A stretch of 47,298 bases of DNA from Nitrospira sp. (GTDB lineage Bacteria > Nitrospirota > Nitrospiria > Nitrospirales > Nitrospiraceae). Both the position numbers and the translations under genes were made by a program. The stretch spans positions 1-47,298 of the forward strand of contig JAICUC010000001.1 in assembly GCA_025936075.1 (NCBI GenBank), written 5' to 3'. Position 1 is the first letter of the stretch, and the number at the start of each line of letters is the position of its first letter. Shown here one piece after another: positions 9,396 to 20,565 of the stretch. A model generated the notes under the pieces. It saw nothing but the letters and a program-made list of their open reading frames with translations. It ran no database searches and was not told where the DNA came from.

Positions 9396-10298
9396 CTAGA
9401 AGGCCATAAGGTATTTCAAACTTACACCCGGTTGTATATCCAACTTCGGAAACATCAAACGTAGTTTCGAGTCCAGAATTTCGCGAAGGGAAAAGCGGCG
9501 CCGCGGTTCGACGACCTTTGGTTCCCCCTCAATTCCCACCACCTCCGCAGCCAATTGAATGGCATCTTCCAAGTCACCAAGCTCGTCGACCAGCTTTGCT
9601 TCCTTGGCCTGACGTCCGGTAAAGACTCGACCGTCAGCCAACGCTTGGGCAGCCCGAAGTTCGAGCGAACGGCCTTCCGCCACTGCTTCGATGAACTGCT
9701 TGTGGACATCATCCATCACGGCTTGCAACAAACCTCTTTCGTCCGCACTCATCTTCCGGAGTGGAGAACCCACATCCTTATACTTCCCGCTCTTAATGAT
9801 GACCCCTTCCACACCGATCTTCTGGAGCAATCCTTCCACATTGGCCGTTTCCATGATGACTCCGATGCTACCGGTCAGAGTCCCAGGGTTGGCGACAATC
9901 CGATCCGTTGCAGCAGCGATATAATACCCTCCCGATGCAGCAACACTCCCCATCGAAGCGATAACCGCCTTGTTATTCTTGTTTCTGATTCGCTTGACGG
10001 CATCGTAAATCTCTTGCGACGGCACGACACCACCCCCCGGACTATCGATTCTAATGACGATGGCTTTGACGGAAGGATTCTCGCTGAATCGCTTCAGCTC
10101 TCCGATGGTCGTCTGAGAATCCAAAATGACTCCTTCGACTCGGATCAGAGCGATCCGGTCGTCGCTTGACAAATCAAGGTCGGGGAAAAAGAGATTGATC
10201 AGAATCAAACCGCCCAGCCCCATCCCGAAAAGCCAGAATAATTTCCGCAACGGATGGCGCGTACGCGGGTATTCCTTCTGTGTCACTTCATCCGCCAT
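9396..10298 (-). CDS. sppA: Signal peptide peptidase SppA (S49)
   Basis: IDSPGG, AASGGYY, TGSIGV, SGKYKD, DGRVFTG. Confidence 0.94.
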   Translation of the reverse strand: MADEVTQKEYPRTRHPLRKLFWLFGMGLGGLILINLFFPDLDLSSDDRIALIRVEGVILDSQTTIGELKRFSENPSVKAIVIRIDSPGGGVVPSQEIYDAVKRIRNKNNKAVIASMGSVAASGGYYIAAATDRIVANPGTLTGSIGVIMETANVEGLLQKIGVEGVIIKSGKYKDVGSPLRKMSADERGLLQAVMDDVHKQFIEAVAEGRSLELRAAQALADGRVFTGRQAKEAKLVDELGDLEDAIQLAAEVVGIEGEPKVVEPRRRFSLREILDSKLRLMFPKLDIQPGVSLKYLMAF

Positions 10299-10331
10299 CG
10301 CTCGTATCCCGCACTCCTTAAACCAGTCGGC

Positions 10332-12047
10332 TTAGCTTTGATCTTCAGACTGAGTCCGTTTCCGACTCTGTTTAGCGGCCCGCCCCAGACTCTGATCCAG
10401 CACACCTTGTGCCGAGTGATAGTCATCCACCTGCTTGCGCTCCCAATCCAATTGATGGTCGCGAAGGCTAAGGGCTATTTTGCGTTCCTCCCGATCGACT
10501 TTGATTATCTTCGCCGTTACGTCGTCCTGCAACTTAAACTTTTCTTCCAGCTTCATGGAAGGCTCAAGACCGGATTCGCTGACATGGATTAAGCCTTCCA
10601 CTCCACCCTCCAATTCGATGAAGATTCCAAAATCTGCGACTTTCGATACCTTACCAGTCACCGAATCACCAACGTGATACCGTGCAGGGATCGTTTCATC
10701 CCAGGGATCACGAGCCAATTGTTTGTACCCCAATGAGAGCCGCTCTTTCTCTTTGTCGATGCGCAGGACGACAGTTTCCACTTTTTGCCCTTTTTTGAAC
10801 AGCTCAGAAGGATGCTTGATATGTTTCGTCCAGGACATGTCCGAAATATGGATGAGTCCGTCGATCCCTTCTTCAAGTCCAACAAAAGCGCCGAAATCCG
10901 TCAGACTCTTCACCTTTCCTTCAATACGGGTCCCAATCGGATATTTCCCCTCAATCATATCCCAGGGGTTTGGCGCCGTCTGTTTCATGCCCAACGAGAT
11001 CTTGCGGTTCGCGGGGTCGACGTTGAGCACCGCAGCTTCTACTTGGTCTCCGACCGCTACGACTCTCGAAGGATGTCGGACTTCATGCGTCCACGACATT
11101 TCCGAAACGTGTACCAATCCTTCAACTCCCGGCTCAAGTTCCACAAATGCTCCATAATCGGTCAGGCTGACCACACGCCCACGGACCCTGGTACCGATGG
11201 GATACTTGCCGGCGACATTCGTCCAAGGATCCGCACTCTTCTGCTTAAGTCCCAAAGAAATGCGACCCGTTTCACGATCATATTTCAACACCGTGACTTC
11301 AACCTTGTCCCCCACTGTAAACAGTTCCGATGGGTGTCCGACTCGCCCCCAAGACATGTCGGTAATGTGCAACAACCCGTCGATACCGCCGAGGTCGATG
11401 AACGATCCATAATCGGTGATGTTCTTGACGGTACCCTGAATGAGCTGACCCTCTTTGAGGTTGGCCAGTGTCGTTTGCCGTTTTTTATCCCGTGTTTCTT
11501 CCAACAGCACGCGGCGTGACACGACCACATTGCCCCGCCTGTGGTTGATCTTGATGATCTTGAGAGGAAACGTCTTCCCAACGAGCCCATCCAGATCACG
11601 AACCGGATGAAGGTCAATTTGCGAGCCGGGCAAGAATGCTTTAACGCCGATATCGACCATCATGCCGCCCTTAATGCGTGAAACAATCTTGCCTTCGATA
11701 CTCTTCTCTTCTTTGTAGAGTTTTTCGAGTTCTTCCCAAATCTTCATCTTGTCCGCTTTTTCTTTGGAAAGAACGAGGTTGCCGTCTGCGTCTTCGCATT
11801 CTTCGATATACACTTGGAGCCGGTCATCGATCTTGAGGTTGTGAAGTTCCTCGGACGAGAACTGATCGCTCGGGATCATGCCCTCTGATTTGTAACCGAT
11901 ATCAACGATGACCTTGTCCTTCGTCAGAGCCACCACACGGCCTTCTGTAATCGTACCTTCTTCCAGGTTACGAAAGGTTTCTTCGTACAATGCCGCCAAT
12001 GCATTGCGGTCTAACTGAGCGTCACTGCTGTTGGATACCGTACCCAT
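10332..12047 (-). CDS. rpsA: 30S ribosomal protein S1
   Basis: Six S1 repeats (DYGAFVEL..GVEGLVHVSEMSW type). Confidence 0.97.
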   Translation of the reverse strand: MGTVSNSSDAQLDRNALAALYEETFRNLEEGTITEGRVVALTKDKVIVDIGYKSEGMIPSDQFSSEELHNLKIDDRLQVYIEECEDADGNLVLSKEKADKMKIWEELEKLYKEEKSIEGKIVSRIKGGMMVDIGVKAFLPGSQIDLHPVRDLDGLVGKTFPLKIIKINHRRGNVVVSRRVLLEETRDKKRQTTLANLKEGQLIQGTVKNITDYGSFIDLGGIDGLLHITDMSWGRVGHPSELFTVGDKVEVTVLKYDRETGRISLGLKQKSADPWTNVAGKYPIGTRVRGRVVSLTDYGAFVELEPGVEGLVHVSEMSWTHEVRHPSRVVAVGDQVEAAVLNVDPANRKISLGMKQTAPNPWDMIEGKYPIGTRIEGKVKSLTDFGAFVGLEEGIDGLIHISDMSWTKHIKHPSELFKKGQKVETVVLRIDKEKERLSLGYKQLARDPWDETIPARYHVGDSVTGKVSKVADFGIFIELEGGVEGLIHVSESGLEPSMKLEEKFKLQDDVTAKIIKVDREERKIALSLRDHQLDWERKQVDDYHSAQGVLDQSLGRAAKQSRKRTQSEDQS

Positions 12048-12102
12048 ATGAACGTCCTACTCTTCCGACTTCCGTCGGGTGCTGATGGTGAAATCGCCGG
12101 GC

Positions 12103-12795
12103 TCACTCAGCATTGTGAGCATCGACGGTCGGCCTGTTCGGTGTTTCGTCGGCCAGATCAACTCTTCCCTTTGGAACGGGAACTTGACCTAAGGCTGCAA
12201 TGTGCTCAATCACCGTACGGCTGACCTGTTGATAGAACTGTTTCGTTTCTGCCTTCTCTTTTTGTCTCCCCGTTTCGAACTGAATAGGAGCTCCGAATCG
12301 TACCGTGATGTGACGCAACCGAGGCCAATGAGCCCCCGGAGGGAGTACATCGAAGGTTCCCTTCAAATAGGCTGGAACGACCGGACATCCCGTCTGCGAC
12401 ACAATCACTCCAATACCCGCCTTTGGAGGCCGAAGGTGGCCATCGTGGCTGCGGCCGCCTTCCGGGAATATGACCACCACATGACCAGCTCGGATCAGGT
12501 TGATCGCCTTCCCAAACGCCTCTCGGTCGAGGCGCCCCAGCCTGACCGGTATCCAACCCAATGCCTGCAAAATTCCGTTCAATACCGGGATTGGAAATAA
12601 ATCATTCCGTCCCAAGTACCAGGCCCTTCTTCGCATTCCGCAGCCGAGTAGCGGAATGTCGAGGTAGCTGGCATGGTTTGCGGCAATGAGCAGCCCCCCG
12701 CTCCGGGGAATCTTCCCCTGAACACGATATCGAAAGCAAACCCAGGCGACGACTCGTGCCAGGGCCCACAAGAATCCGTAGAGAATCCCGCTCAC
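12103..12795 (-). CDS. plsC: 1-acyl-sn-glycerol-3-phosphate acyltransferase
   Basis: NHASYLD and IFPEG motifs; cmk-plsC-rpsA context. Confidence 0.9.
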   Translation of the reverse strand: MSGILYGFLWALARVVAWVCFRYRVQGKIPRSGGLLIAANHASYLDIPLLGCGMRRRAWYLGRNDLFPIPVLNGILQALGWIPVRLGRLDREAFGKAINLIRAGHVVVIFPEGGRSHDGHLRPPKAGIGVIVSQTGCPVVPAYLKGTFDVLPPGAHWPRLRHITVRFGAPIQFETGRQKEKAETKQFYQQVSRTVIEHIAALGQVPVPKGRVDLADETPNRPTVDAHNAE

Positions 12796-13499
12796 AACCC
12801 GGTCGACACAGCCGCAATCATCTGCTCCACCACTTGATCAGGGCTGAGAGCAGAGGTATCGATGAGTCGTGCGTCACCCGCTGGAACCAATGGATCAACC
12901 GTACGGGTCCGATCCCTCCGATCTCGGTCCGACAGATCCCGAGACGTCGTTTCCACCGTCCCTTCACGACCCGCGGCGACCAACTCACGGTGTCGTCGTG
13001 CAACTCGTACGTCTGCATCCGCCTCCAAAAAGAATTTGAATGGTGCTGCGGGAAAGACCTTGGTGCCCATGTCTCGTCCCTCGGCAACGACCGAGCCTCT
13101 CTGGCCGATTTGACGTTGGATCGGCAGCAGCCATTCGCGGACTGCCGGGATAGCGGACACGACGGAGGCCGCTGCGGTCACTTCTGGCGTACGAAGCTCC
13201 CCGCTGATATCGATGCCATCGACCAGGACCTGCATCGCGCCATGGCGAAACTGCATGTGAATCAAGGTAATCGGCAATAATGCCGTCACCTGATCGTGAT
13301 CCGTCGGACGTATTCTTGATTGCAAAGTTTTCCATGCGATGGCTCGGTACAGGGCCCCTGTATCAAGGTAAAGGTAACCAAGACGAGCTGCCAATAGTTT
13401 TGCCACTGTACTCTTGCCGACCCCGGCTGGTCCATCAATCGCAATAATCACTCGATCCCTCTCAATTTCGAACCGTCTCACCGGACACACCGCTCTCAT
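12792..13499 (-). CDS. cmk: Cytidylate kinase
   Basis: IAIDGPAGVGKST, LDTGALYR, AEGRDMGT. Confidence 0.95.
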   Translation of the reverse strand: MRAVCPVRRFEIERDRVIIAIDGPAGVGKSTVAKLLAARLGYLYLDTGALYRAIAWKTLQSRIRPTDHDQVTALLPITLIHMQFRHGAMQVLVDGIDISGELRTPEVTAAASVVSAIPAVREWLLPIQRQIGQRGSVVAEGRDMGTKVFPAAPFKFFLEADADVRVARRHRELVAAGREGTVETTSRDLSDRDRRDRTRTVDPLVPAGDARLIDTSALSPDQVVEQMIAAVSTGL

Positions 13500-14809
13500 G
13501 CCAACAGATCGACGAGCGTTTTCTCAAAATTTGGAAACGATGTATCCACGCAGCCCGCGTCAGTAATCGTCATGCTTTGCTCCGCCGTAAGCCCACCGAT
13601 GGCAAGAGACATGGCCACACGATGATCTCCATGGCTTTCGGTCTTGCCTGCAGCTTTCAGTCGGCCATTCTCTCCCTCTCGGCCTAATCCGTGGATGATC
13701 ATCCCGTCCGACCGTTCCTCGATGAGAGCGCCCATTGACGTCAACTCGCGACTCATGGTGGCAATACGATCACTCTCTTTGACCCGAAGTTCATCTGCTC
13801 CGGAAATCACGGTGTCCCCGTTCGCCACAGCCGCAGCCACGCACAACACGGGGAATTCGTCGATCATTTTTGGAATGAGGTCATGACCTATCGTCACACC
13901 CTTCAGTGCAGCTGACTTCACACGAAGATCCCCAACCGGTTCGCCGGCCGCCTCTCGCAGACCCAGAACCTGAATGTCGGCTCCCATTTTTCTCATGACT
14001 TCAATGAGTCCCGTTCTGGTCGGGTTCATGCCGACATTGTAAATGGTGATATCGGATCCTTGTACAATCGTCGCCGCAACGATGAAAAACGCGGCTGCCG
14101 AGAAATCACCGGGAATTGTCATGTGAATGCCCGGCCAGCCAACAGAAGGTCGGCCTTGTAAAACCAGGGCCCCATCTTCTTTCGTGAGAGGGATTCCAAA
14201 GAACTGAAACATCCGCTCGGTATGGTCACGCGACAGACTCGGTTCCTTATAACGCGTCCTCCCTTGCGCAAAGAGACCGGCAAGCAGGAGAGAAGACTTA
14301 ATCTGCGCGCTGGCGACGGGCGAGGTATACTCGATACCATGCAGAGCCGCCCCTGTAATCGCCAAAGGAGCCAATTCTCCACCCCTGCGGCCTCCGATGA
14401 CTGCCCCCATTTCACGCAGCGGCTTGACGACCCGACCCATCGGACGCCGTCTGATCGATGCGTCGCCCGTGAGAACCGAAAAAAAATCTTGCCCGGCCAA
14501 GAGGCCTATAAGAAGACGGATGCCTGTTCCGGAATTGCCGCAATCGATCGGAGCGCTTGGTTCGGATAATCCCCAAAACCCTTTCCCGCAGACGGTTAAT
14601 TCAGTGAGGGTCTGCGTAATGGGAATTCCCAGTCCCTGAAAGGCCCTCATCGTATTCAGGCAATCTTCTCCCTGGCAGTAGCCCGCTATCGTGCTCGTTC
14701 CTTCTGCCAGTGCGGTGAGGATGATAGCCCGATGGGTGAGAGACTTGTCACCTGGAACCGTGGTCGTTCCCCTGAGTGGCCGTCCCGGGGTAATAGTCAA
14801 TAACGTCAT
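13496..14809 (-). CDS. aroA: 3-phosphoshikimate 1-carboxyvinyltransferase
   Basis: PGDKSLTHR, CGNSGT, ASAQIKS, RDHTERM, LRVKESDR, DHRVAM. Confidence 0.96.
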   Translation of the reverse strand: MTLLTITPGRPLRGTTTVPGDKSLTHRAIILTALAEGTSTIAGYCQGEDCLNTMRAFQGLGIPITQTLTELTVCGKGFWGLSEPSAPIDCGNSGTGIRLLIGLLAGQDFFSVLTGDASIRRRPMGRVVKPLREMGAVIGGRRGGELAPLAITGAALHGIEYTSPVASAQIKSSLLLAGLFAQGRTRYKEPSLSRDHTERMFQFFGIPLTKEDGALVLQGRPSVGWPGIHMTIPGDFSAAAFFIVAATIVQGSDITIYNVGMNPTRTGLIEVMRKMGADIQVLGLREAAGEPVGDLRVKSAALKGVTIGHDLIPKMIDEFPVLCVAAAVANGDTVISGADELRVKESDRIATMSRELTSMGALIEERSDGMIIHGLGREGENGRLKAAGKTESHGDHRVAMSLAIGGLTAEQSMTITDAGCVDTSFPNFEKTLVDLLA

Positions 14810-15699
14810 GAGTGGCTCGGAGAGAAATTATTCAATTTTTCTCGCTCGCCTTTGGCCCGCTCGAGCAACTTTTCGATTCCGGCTGCATCTCCAGTCTTGA
14901 TCAGTTGCTTCAATTCTTCCAGGGCCCCTGCATATCTATCGATATAGGACACGATATTATCCCGATTCCACAAGAAAATGTCTCGCCACATTTCCGGAGA
15001 GCTCGCGGCGATCCTGGTTGTATCCCGTAATCCCCCTCCGGAATGTCCGGTCAGATCCAAGAAAGGCACCTGCTGATCGCGAACGTCGGCCAAGGCATTC
15101 ATAAGCGCAAACGCGACCACATGGGGCAGATGACTGACTGCGCCCAGGATTTGGTCGTGGATGTGCGGATCCATCGTTAAGACAATCGAACCGGACTCTT
15201 CCCACAGTTGCCTAACCCGATCAAATGCCGTAGGATCCGTTCGTTTTGTCGGGGTCAGAATACAGCGTGCGCCCTTGAACAATTGATCCGATCCGGCCGC
15301 AACTCCCGTCTTTTCTTTTCCCGCGATGGGATGAGCCCCCACAAAGTGCACCCCTGCCGGCATCATCGCTTCCGACCGTTCGACCAAGAATCCTTTCACA
15401 CTGCCTACATCACTGACAATCGCGCCGGGAACCAGACAATGTGCCCATTCATGGAGGTGCCGTTCATAAGTATCAACCGGTGTCGCAAGGACCACCAAAT
15501 CCGCCCCCACCACACCCTCTTGAGGATCGGCCACGTATCGATCGATCGCACCCAAAGCAACTGCCGTCTTGAGGTTCTCGACACGACGACCGACGCCGAC
15601 CACCTGATCAGCCAAGGCCTTTCGCCGAAGAATCATGCCGAGGGACCCGCCGATCAGCCCCACCCCAATAATCGCCGCTTGCCTGAAATGAACCGCCAT
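14806..15699 (-). CDS. tyrA: Prephenate dehydrogenase
   Basis: [31 protein letters not shown]. Confidence 0.93.
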   Translation of the reverse strand: MAVHFRQAAIIGVGLIGGSLGMILRRKALADQVVGVGRRVENLKTAVALGAIDRYVADPQEGVVGADLVVLATPVDTYERHLHEWAHCLVPGAIVSDVGSVKGFLVERSEAMMPAGVHFVGAHPIAGKEKTGVAAGSDQLFKGARCILTPTKRTDPTAFDRVRQLWEESGSIVLTMDPHIHDQILGAVSHLPHVVAFALMNALADVRDQQVPFLDLTGHSGGGLRDTTRIAASSPEMWRDIFLWNRDNIVSYIDRYAGALEELKQLIKTGDAAGIEKLLERAKGEREKLNNFSPSHS

Positions 15700-15706
15700 C
15701 GTGCCT

Positions 15707-16720
15707 CTACAGCTCTCGCCCAACGGCCTTCGCAATATTCCTGAGGTCGCTCATCAACGCTTTGAACTTGGAGGGCTTAATGGATTCTTCACCGTCACAC
15801 AGCGCACATTCGGGGTTCGAATGGACTTCGATGAGCAGGCCGTCTGCGCCGGCTGCGACTGCGGCTTTTGACATCGGAGCAACGAGATCCCACTTCCCCG
15901 TAGCATGGCTGGGGTCGACAATGACCGGCAGATGCGAGAGCTCTTTCAACGTGGGAATGGCCGCAAGATCCAGCGTATTGCGATATTGCGTTTCGAACGT
16001 GCGAATGCCCCGTTCGCACAGCATCACGTTCTGATTTCCGCGTGACATGATGTACTCAGCTGATAGGAGAAACTCCTTGATGGTCGCCGACAAGCCTCGT
16101 TTTAAGAGCACCGGTTTATCGTAAGCGCCGACCTCTTTGAGAAGTTCGAAGTTCTGCATGTTCCGAGCGCCGATTTGAATGATGTCCGCCTTCTCGAGAA
16201 AGAGTTCGATATCCCTGGTGTCCAAGATCTCACTGACGACTGGAAGCCCGGTTTGTTTTTTTGCTTCGACTAAGTAGTCGAGCCCTTCGCGACCCAACCC
16301 TTGAAAGGAATACGGCGACGTTCTCGGCTTATAGGCCCCGCCACGAAGAATCGAAGCTCCGGAAGCCTTCACCTCGTGGGCGATCCCGACGGTGAGCTCA
16401 AGCCGTTCGACTGCGCAAGGTCCTGCCATGATAGCCAACTTTTTGGCACCGATTTTTGCGCCACCGACGTCAATGATGGTGGCTTCCTTCTTAAACTCAC
16501 GACTGACCAGTTTCCAAGGTGCAAGAATCGGCAGGACACTTTCCACACCAGGTAGCGCCGTCAAAGGCTGATTGTGCAAGATCCGGTCGTCTCCGATGAC
16601 GCCGATAATGGTGCGCTCCTGACCGGTGGATATCTGGGATTTCAAGCCAAGATCCCTCAATCGATCGATAATATGGTCAACTTCGCTTTCCGAAGCTTCA
16701 GGCTTCAACACGATGATCAT
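15707..16720 (-). CDS. aroF: DAHP synthase (type I-beta, N-terminal regulatory domain)
   Basis: [39 protein letters not shown]. Confidence 0.94.
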   Translation of the reverse strand: MIIVLKPEASESEVDHIIDRLRDLGLKSQISTGQERTIIGVIGDDRILHNQPLTALPGVESVLPILAPWKLVSREFKKEATIIDVGGAKIGAKKLAIMAGPCAVERLELTVGIAHEVKASGASILRGGAYKPRTSPYSFQGLGREGLDYLVEAKKQTGLPVVSEILDTRDIELFLEKADIIQIGARNMQNFELLKEVGAYDKPVLLKRGLSATIKEFLLSAEYIMSRGNQNVMLCERGIRTFETQYRNTLDLAAIPTLKELSHLPVIVDPSHATGKWDLVAPMSKAAVAAGADGLLIEVHSNPECALCDGEESIKPSKFKALMSDLRNIAKAVGREL

Positions 16721-17823
16721 AATCCCCTCGCTATTTCTTTCCTTTCTCCATGCAAAACTTTCTCGAGTGCTTGGAGGAAGGCCGCATTTTCATCGGGCCG
16801 ACCGATGGTGACACGAAGCATGGTGCCGTCGATATGCCGTACAATAATCCCCTCTCGCAGCAATGCTTCGAACACCAATCGCCCATCCCGTTTCGCATCA
16901 AAATAGAGAAAATTCGTCTCGGTCTGGATGGAAGGCACGCTCAGCGCACGTAGCCCCTGCTCCATCTGCTCCATCCCAGCCACATTGATCGCCCGACTCT
17001 TGGCCACATGTTCGTCATCTCCCAATGCCGCCAATGCTGCTTTTTGTGCAAGACTGTTGGCATTGAACGGAGGCCGAACTCTATTTAAGAAGCCGATGAT
17101 CTCCACTGTGCTGATGCCGTATCCGATTCGCAATCCGGCTAGCCCATAAATCTTGGAGAACGTCCGCAAGACGATCGCGTTCCGACCCTGTTTCACGTAG
17201 GACATCGCGTCGGGGAATCGAGGATTGCGGACATACTCAAAGTACGCTTCGTCAAATACGATGATGACATCTTCAGGCACTGTGGCCATAAGTCGATCGA
17301 CCGCTTCTGCTGATACGATGGTTCCTGTCGGATTATTTGGGTTGCAGAGAAAGAGCAATCGTGTTCGAGGTGTCACGGCACGTACCATTGACTCAAGATC
17401 GTGTGTCCAGTTGATGAGCGGTACGACCACCGGTTTGCCGTGAACGGCGGTGACCTCCATTTTATAGATCACGAACGTGTGATCGGCCATGATGGCTTCA
17501 TCACCAGGACTCAAGAACGTCTTGGCCAACAATCCAAGGATCTCATCCGATCCATTTCCTAGAATGACCTGTCGCTCCGCCACTTTCCAACGATCAGCAA
17601 TCGCCTGCCTGAGCTGATACGCACCCCCGTCGGGGTATCGATGCAGCATATCTTGAGCGCCGCTCAACGCTGCCAACGCTTTCGGTGAAGGCCCAAGCGG
17701 ATTCTCGTTGGAGGCAAGCTTTATGACGCGGGTGAGCCCAAGTTCTCGTTGTAGCTCATCGATCGGTTTACCGGGAACGTAAGGACTGAGTGATAAGATG
17801 TCTGGGTGAACCTGTAGCGCCAT
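16717..17823 (-). CDS. hisC: Histidinol-phosphate / aromatic aminotransferase
   Basis: KLASNENP, NPNNPTG, DEAY, RTFSKIYGLAGLRIG. Confidence 0.93.
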   Translation of the reverse strand: MALQVHPDILSLSPYVPGKPIDELQRELGLTRVIKLASNENPLGPSPKALAALSGAQDMLHRYPDGGAYQLRQAIADRWKVAERQVILGNGSDEILGLLAKTFLSPGDEAIMADHTFVIYKMEVTAVHGKPVVVPLINWTHDLESMVRAVTPRTRLLFLCNPNNPTGTIVSAEAVDRLMATVPEDVIIVFDEAYFEYVRNPRFPDAMSYVKQGRNAIVLRTFSKIYGLAGLRIGYGISTVEIIGFLNRVRPPFNANSLAQKAALAALGDDEHVAKSRAINVAGMEQMEQGLRALSVPSIQTETNFLYFDAKRDGRLVFEALLREGIIVRHIDGTMLRVTIGRPDENAAFLQALEKVLHGERKEIARGL

Positions 17824-17825
17824 GG

Positions 17826-18902
17826 TCAGTTATGGATTGGGTATGAGCCCAAAATCTTCATGAAGAGGCAGCGTCCTTTTATTTCTTCCACCGCCCTATT
17901 GACCCGCTCCTCATTGATATGACCCTCGACATCCACGAAAAAAATATACTCCCAAGCCTTTCGCTGGGAAGGACGAGATTCGATCTTGGTCATGTTGATC
18001 CCATGCGAGGCAAAGGGGCGGAGAAGGTCATAAAGCGCACCGACTTTATCCTTGACCGACAACATTAACGACGTTTTATCTTTCCCTGTCCGCTCTGATG
18101 GCTTCTGTGACAAAATCAAGAAACGGGTAAAATTGTTGAGATTATCTTCGATGCGGGCTTTGATCACCTTCAGTCCGTACAGTTGACCGGCCAATTCCGA
18201 CGCAATAGCAGCTGAGGCTGGTTCATCGGTACATAGCTCGGCCGCCCGAGCAGTGCTGGCTACCTCAACTGCGGGGACATGCGGAAGATTGGTCTCTAGC
18301 CAGTTCCGGCATTGCGCAAGGGCATGAGGATGGGAGTAGATCTTCTTCACATCCTCTATAAGGCCTGATTTCGACAGCAGATGGTGCGAAACCTCTTGAA
18401 GAACTTCTCCATAGATCAGTAAGTTGGAATCGATAAACATGTCGAGAGTGTAATTGACGACACCCTCCGTGGTGTTTTCAATCGGAACTACCCCGAAATT
18501 GGCCCGGCTTCGCTCAACTTCACTGAATACCTCTTTAATACTGTGAACGGGCACGTACTGAACAGATGAACCGAATTTCTGCATGCAAGCCATGTGGGTA
18601 AAGGTCGCCCGCGGTCCCAGATACGCTACCTTCTGGGGAGCCTCGAGGGACAAGGAAGCCGACATGATTTCCCGATAGACCGATCGAACGGCCTCGTGGG
18701 GAAAAGGGCCTGTGTTGAGTTTCGTGAGCCGTTCGATGATCTCAGCCTCTCGACCCGCAGTATGGAGGTTGGCATTCGCATTCTTTTCTTTTTTGAGCTT
18801 TCCGATTTCGATAACGCTTTTGGAGCGTTCATTGAGCAGTCGGATAATTTGGTCATCGATCCTATCGATTTCCTTACGATATTCCGGCATATCTTTGGAC
18901 AT
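17826..18902 (-). CDS. pheA: Chorismate mutase/prephenate dehydratase (P-protein)
   Basis: N-terminal RKEIDRID chorismate mutase; PIENTTEG, NFTRF, KIESRPS. Confidence 0.94.
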   Translation of the reverse strand: MSKDMPEYRKEIDRIDDQIIRLLNERSKSVIEIGKLKKEKNANANLHTAGREAEIIERLTKLNTGPFPHEAVRSVYREIMSASLSLEAPQKVAYLGPRATFTHMACMQKFGSSVQYVPVHSIKEVFSEVERSRANFGVVPIENTTEGVVNYTLDMFIDSNLLIYGEVLQEVSHHLLSKSGLIEDVKKIYSHPHALAQCRNWLETNLPHVPAVEVASTARAAELCTDEPASAAIASELAGQLYGLKVIKARIEDNLNNFTRFLILSQKPSERTGKDKTSLMLSVKDKVGALYDLLRPFASHGINMTKIESRPSQRKAWEYIFFVDVEGHINEERVNRAVEEIKGRCLFMKILGSYPIHN

Positions 18903-18977
18903 GCTGAGTCTTGCCTCGGGCAACTGATGCAGGAGGGCGTCCTCATCCCAGTAGGGGATCATCAAGACAAGTGATGG

Positions 18978-19007
18978 ATTTTACAGGAACGATTGAATCT
19001 ATTGCAA
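18978..19007 (-). promoter_or_regulatory. Sigma70-type promoter of pheA operon
   Basis: TTGCAA-18 bp-TAAAAT on minus strand. Confidence 0.5.
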
Positions 19008-19054
19008 GGATAGCGCTTGGGCATCAGGATTTATGAAGATTGAAACATACGGAC

Positions 19055-20056
19055 TTACATCAGCAAAGGAGAAGGCCGTTTAAAGTGCTCGTACGCCAAA
19101 CGAGTCACTTGTCGACCACGACCGGTACGATCCAGGAAACCTGCTTGGATCAGGTAGGGCTCATACACATCCTCGATTGTGCCCTTGTCTTCCTGGACCG
19201 CGGCGGCCAAGGACTCCACCCCGACAGGCCCACCATTGAACTTCTCGATAATAGTGATGAGGATTTTGCGGTCCATATCGTCGAAGCCTGCCTCATCGAT
19301 CCCCACCCAAGCTAATCCTTCTTTGGCCGCCTGTTCGGTGATATGCCCATCAGCCTTGATTTGTGCATAGTCCCTGATCCTCCTAATCAGCCGGTTCACT
19401 ATCCGCGGTGTTCCACGCGCTCGGCGTGAGATTTCCTCGGCACCCGCCCGGTCGATCCCAATACCTAAGACCCCGGCCGAGCGAGTCACAATCGCTTCCA
19501 ATTCGGACGGCCCATAGAACTCCAGCCGATAGACTAAGCCGAATCGATCCCGCAGCGGGGATGTCAGAGAACCGGCCCTCGTCGTCGCCCCCACAAGCGT
19601 GAAAGGAGGCAAATCAAGTTTGACGGTTTTCGTGGCAGGTCCTTGTCCAATCACGAGATCCAACTGAAAATCCTCCATCGCCGGATAGAGCGCTTCTTCA
19701 ACCGACGCGGGCAAGCGATGAATCTCATCGATAAAGAGTACGTCATGTTCCTGAAGATTGGTCAAGATCGCCGCCAAGTCGCCGGCATGGGCTAAAACCA
19801 GCCCTGACGTCGACCGTAATGCCGCGCCCATCTCTCTCGCGATAATGTGAGCAATAGTCGTCTTTCCGAGACCGGGCGGTCCGTAGAAAATGGCATGGTC
19901 GAGTGCCTCTTCCCGCTGCTTAGCCGCTTCGATACAAATTCGAAGCGATTCCTTCATTTTGTCTTGGCCGACATACTCATCGAGCGTCTGAGGTCGAAGA
20001 ACATTCTCCTGACCCCGCTCTTCGTCCGTGGCACGATTGGTTACGAACCGTTCCAT
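19055..20056 (-). CDS. ruvB: Holliday junction DNA helicase RuvB
   Basis: [41 protein letters not shown]. Confidence 0.97.
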   Translation of the reverse strand: MERFVTNRATDEERGQENVLRPQTLDEYVGQDKMKESLRICIEAAKQREEALDHAIFYGPPGLGKTTIAHIIAREMGAALRSTSGLVLAHAGDLAAILTNLQEHDVLFIDEIHRLPASVEEALYPAMEDFQLDLVIGQGPATKTVKLDLPPFTLVGATTRAGSLTSPLRDRFGLVYRLEFYGPSELEAIVTRSAGVLGIGIDRAGAEEISRRARGTPRIVNRLIRRIRDYAQIKADGHITEQAAKEGLAWVGIDEAGFDDMDRKILITIIEKFNGGPVGVESLAAAVQEDKGTIEDVYEPYLIQAGFLDRTGRGRQVTRLAYEHFKRPSPLLM

Positions 20057-20072
20057 CAGAGTGCGACGCTGT

Positions 20073-20561
20073 CTATTTGCTCTCCGGCACCTGTTGATAC
20101 TTCGGGGGAGGCGGCAAAGTCCCTTGGCCAGGTTGGGCCGCACTGCCGCAATCAGGAGGACATCTTTTATATCCCTGGGTCGAGTCAGGGAAATTCTGCT
20201 CCATTTTCCTCAGCTGGCATTGCGTCAGTCGGCCACCATCTTTGTTCCCGCACCGAGCAGGGACTGAGGAACCTCCGATCTCGGCATATCCGTCAGGGCA
20301 TGATCCGCACACGGCCAGCATGTTGGCCCCCAGCGGCACACATTGCACGAGAGTCGGGTCGCCGTCTTTGCAGATTTCCGAGGATTGGGTGACGCCGGTC
20401 GTCGCATACCCATCAGGGCACGTTCCACAGGTCATTCTAATACTTTTCGGCTCCGTGGTCTCTTGTGCGATACTCCGAAATGGGAACGTGAACACTAGAA
20501 CGGCCCCGATCGAGATACTGTACACGAGCATCTTGCCGATATTCCTGACCTCGAGCGGCAT
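20073..20561 (-). CDS. Secreted cysteine-rich repeat protein
   Basis: Signal peptide, two CG(T/S)CPDGYA repeats, 10 Cys; fills the ruvA-ruvB gap. Confidence 0.75.
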   Translation of the reverse strand: MPLEVRNIGKMLVYSISIGAVLVFTFPFRSIAQETTEPKSIRMTCGTCPDGYATTGVTQSSEICKDGDPTLVQCVPLGANMLAVCGSCPDGYAEIGGSSVPARCGNKDGGRLTQCQLRKMEQNFPDSTQGYKRCPPDCGSAAQPGQGTLPPPPKYQQVPESK

Positions 20562-20565
20562 AGGC

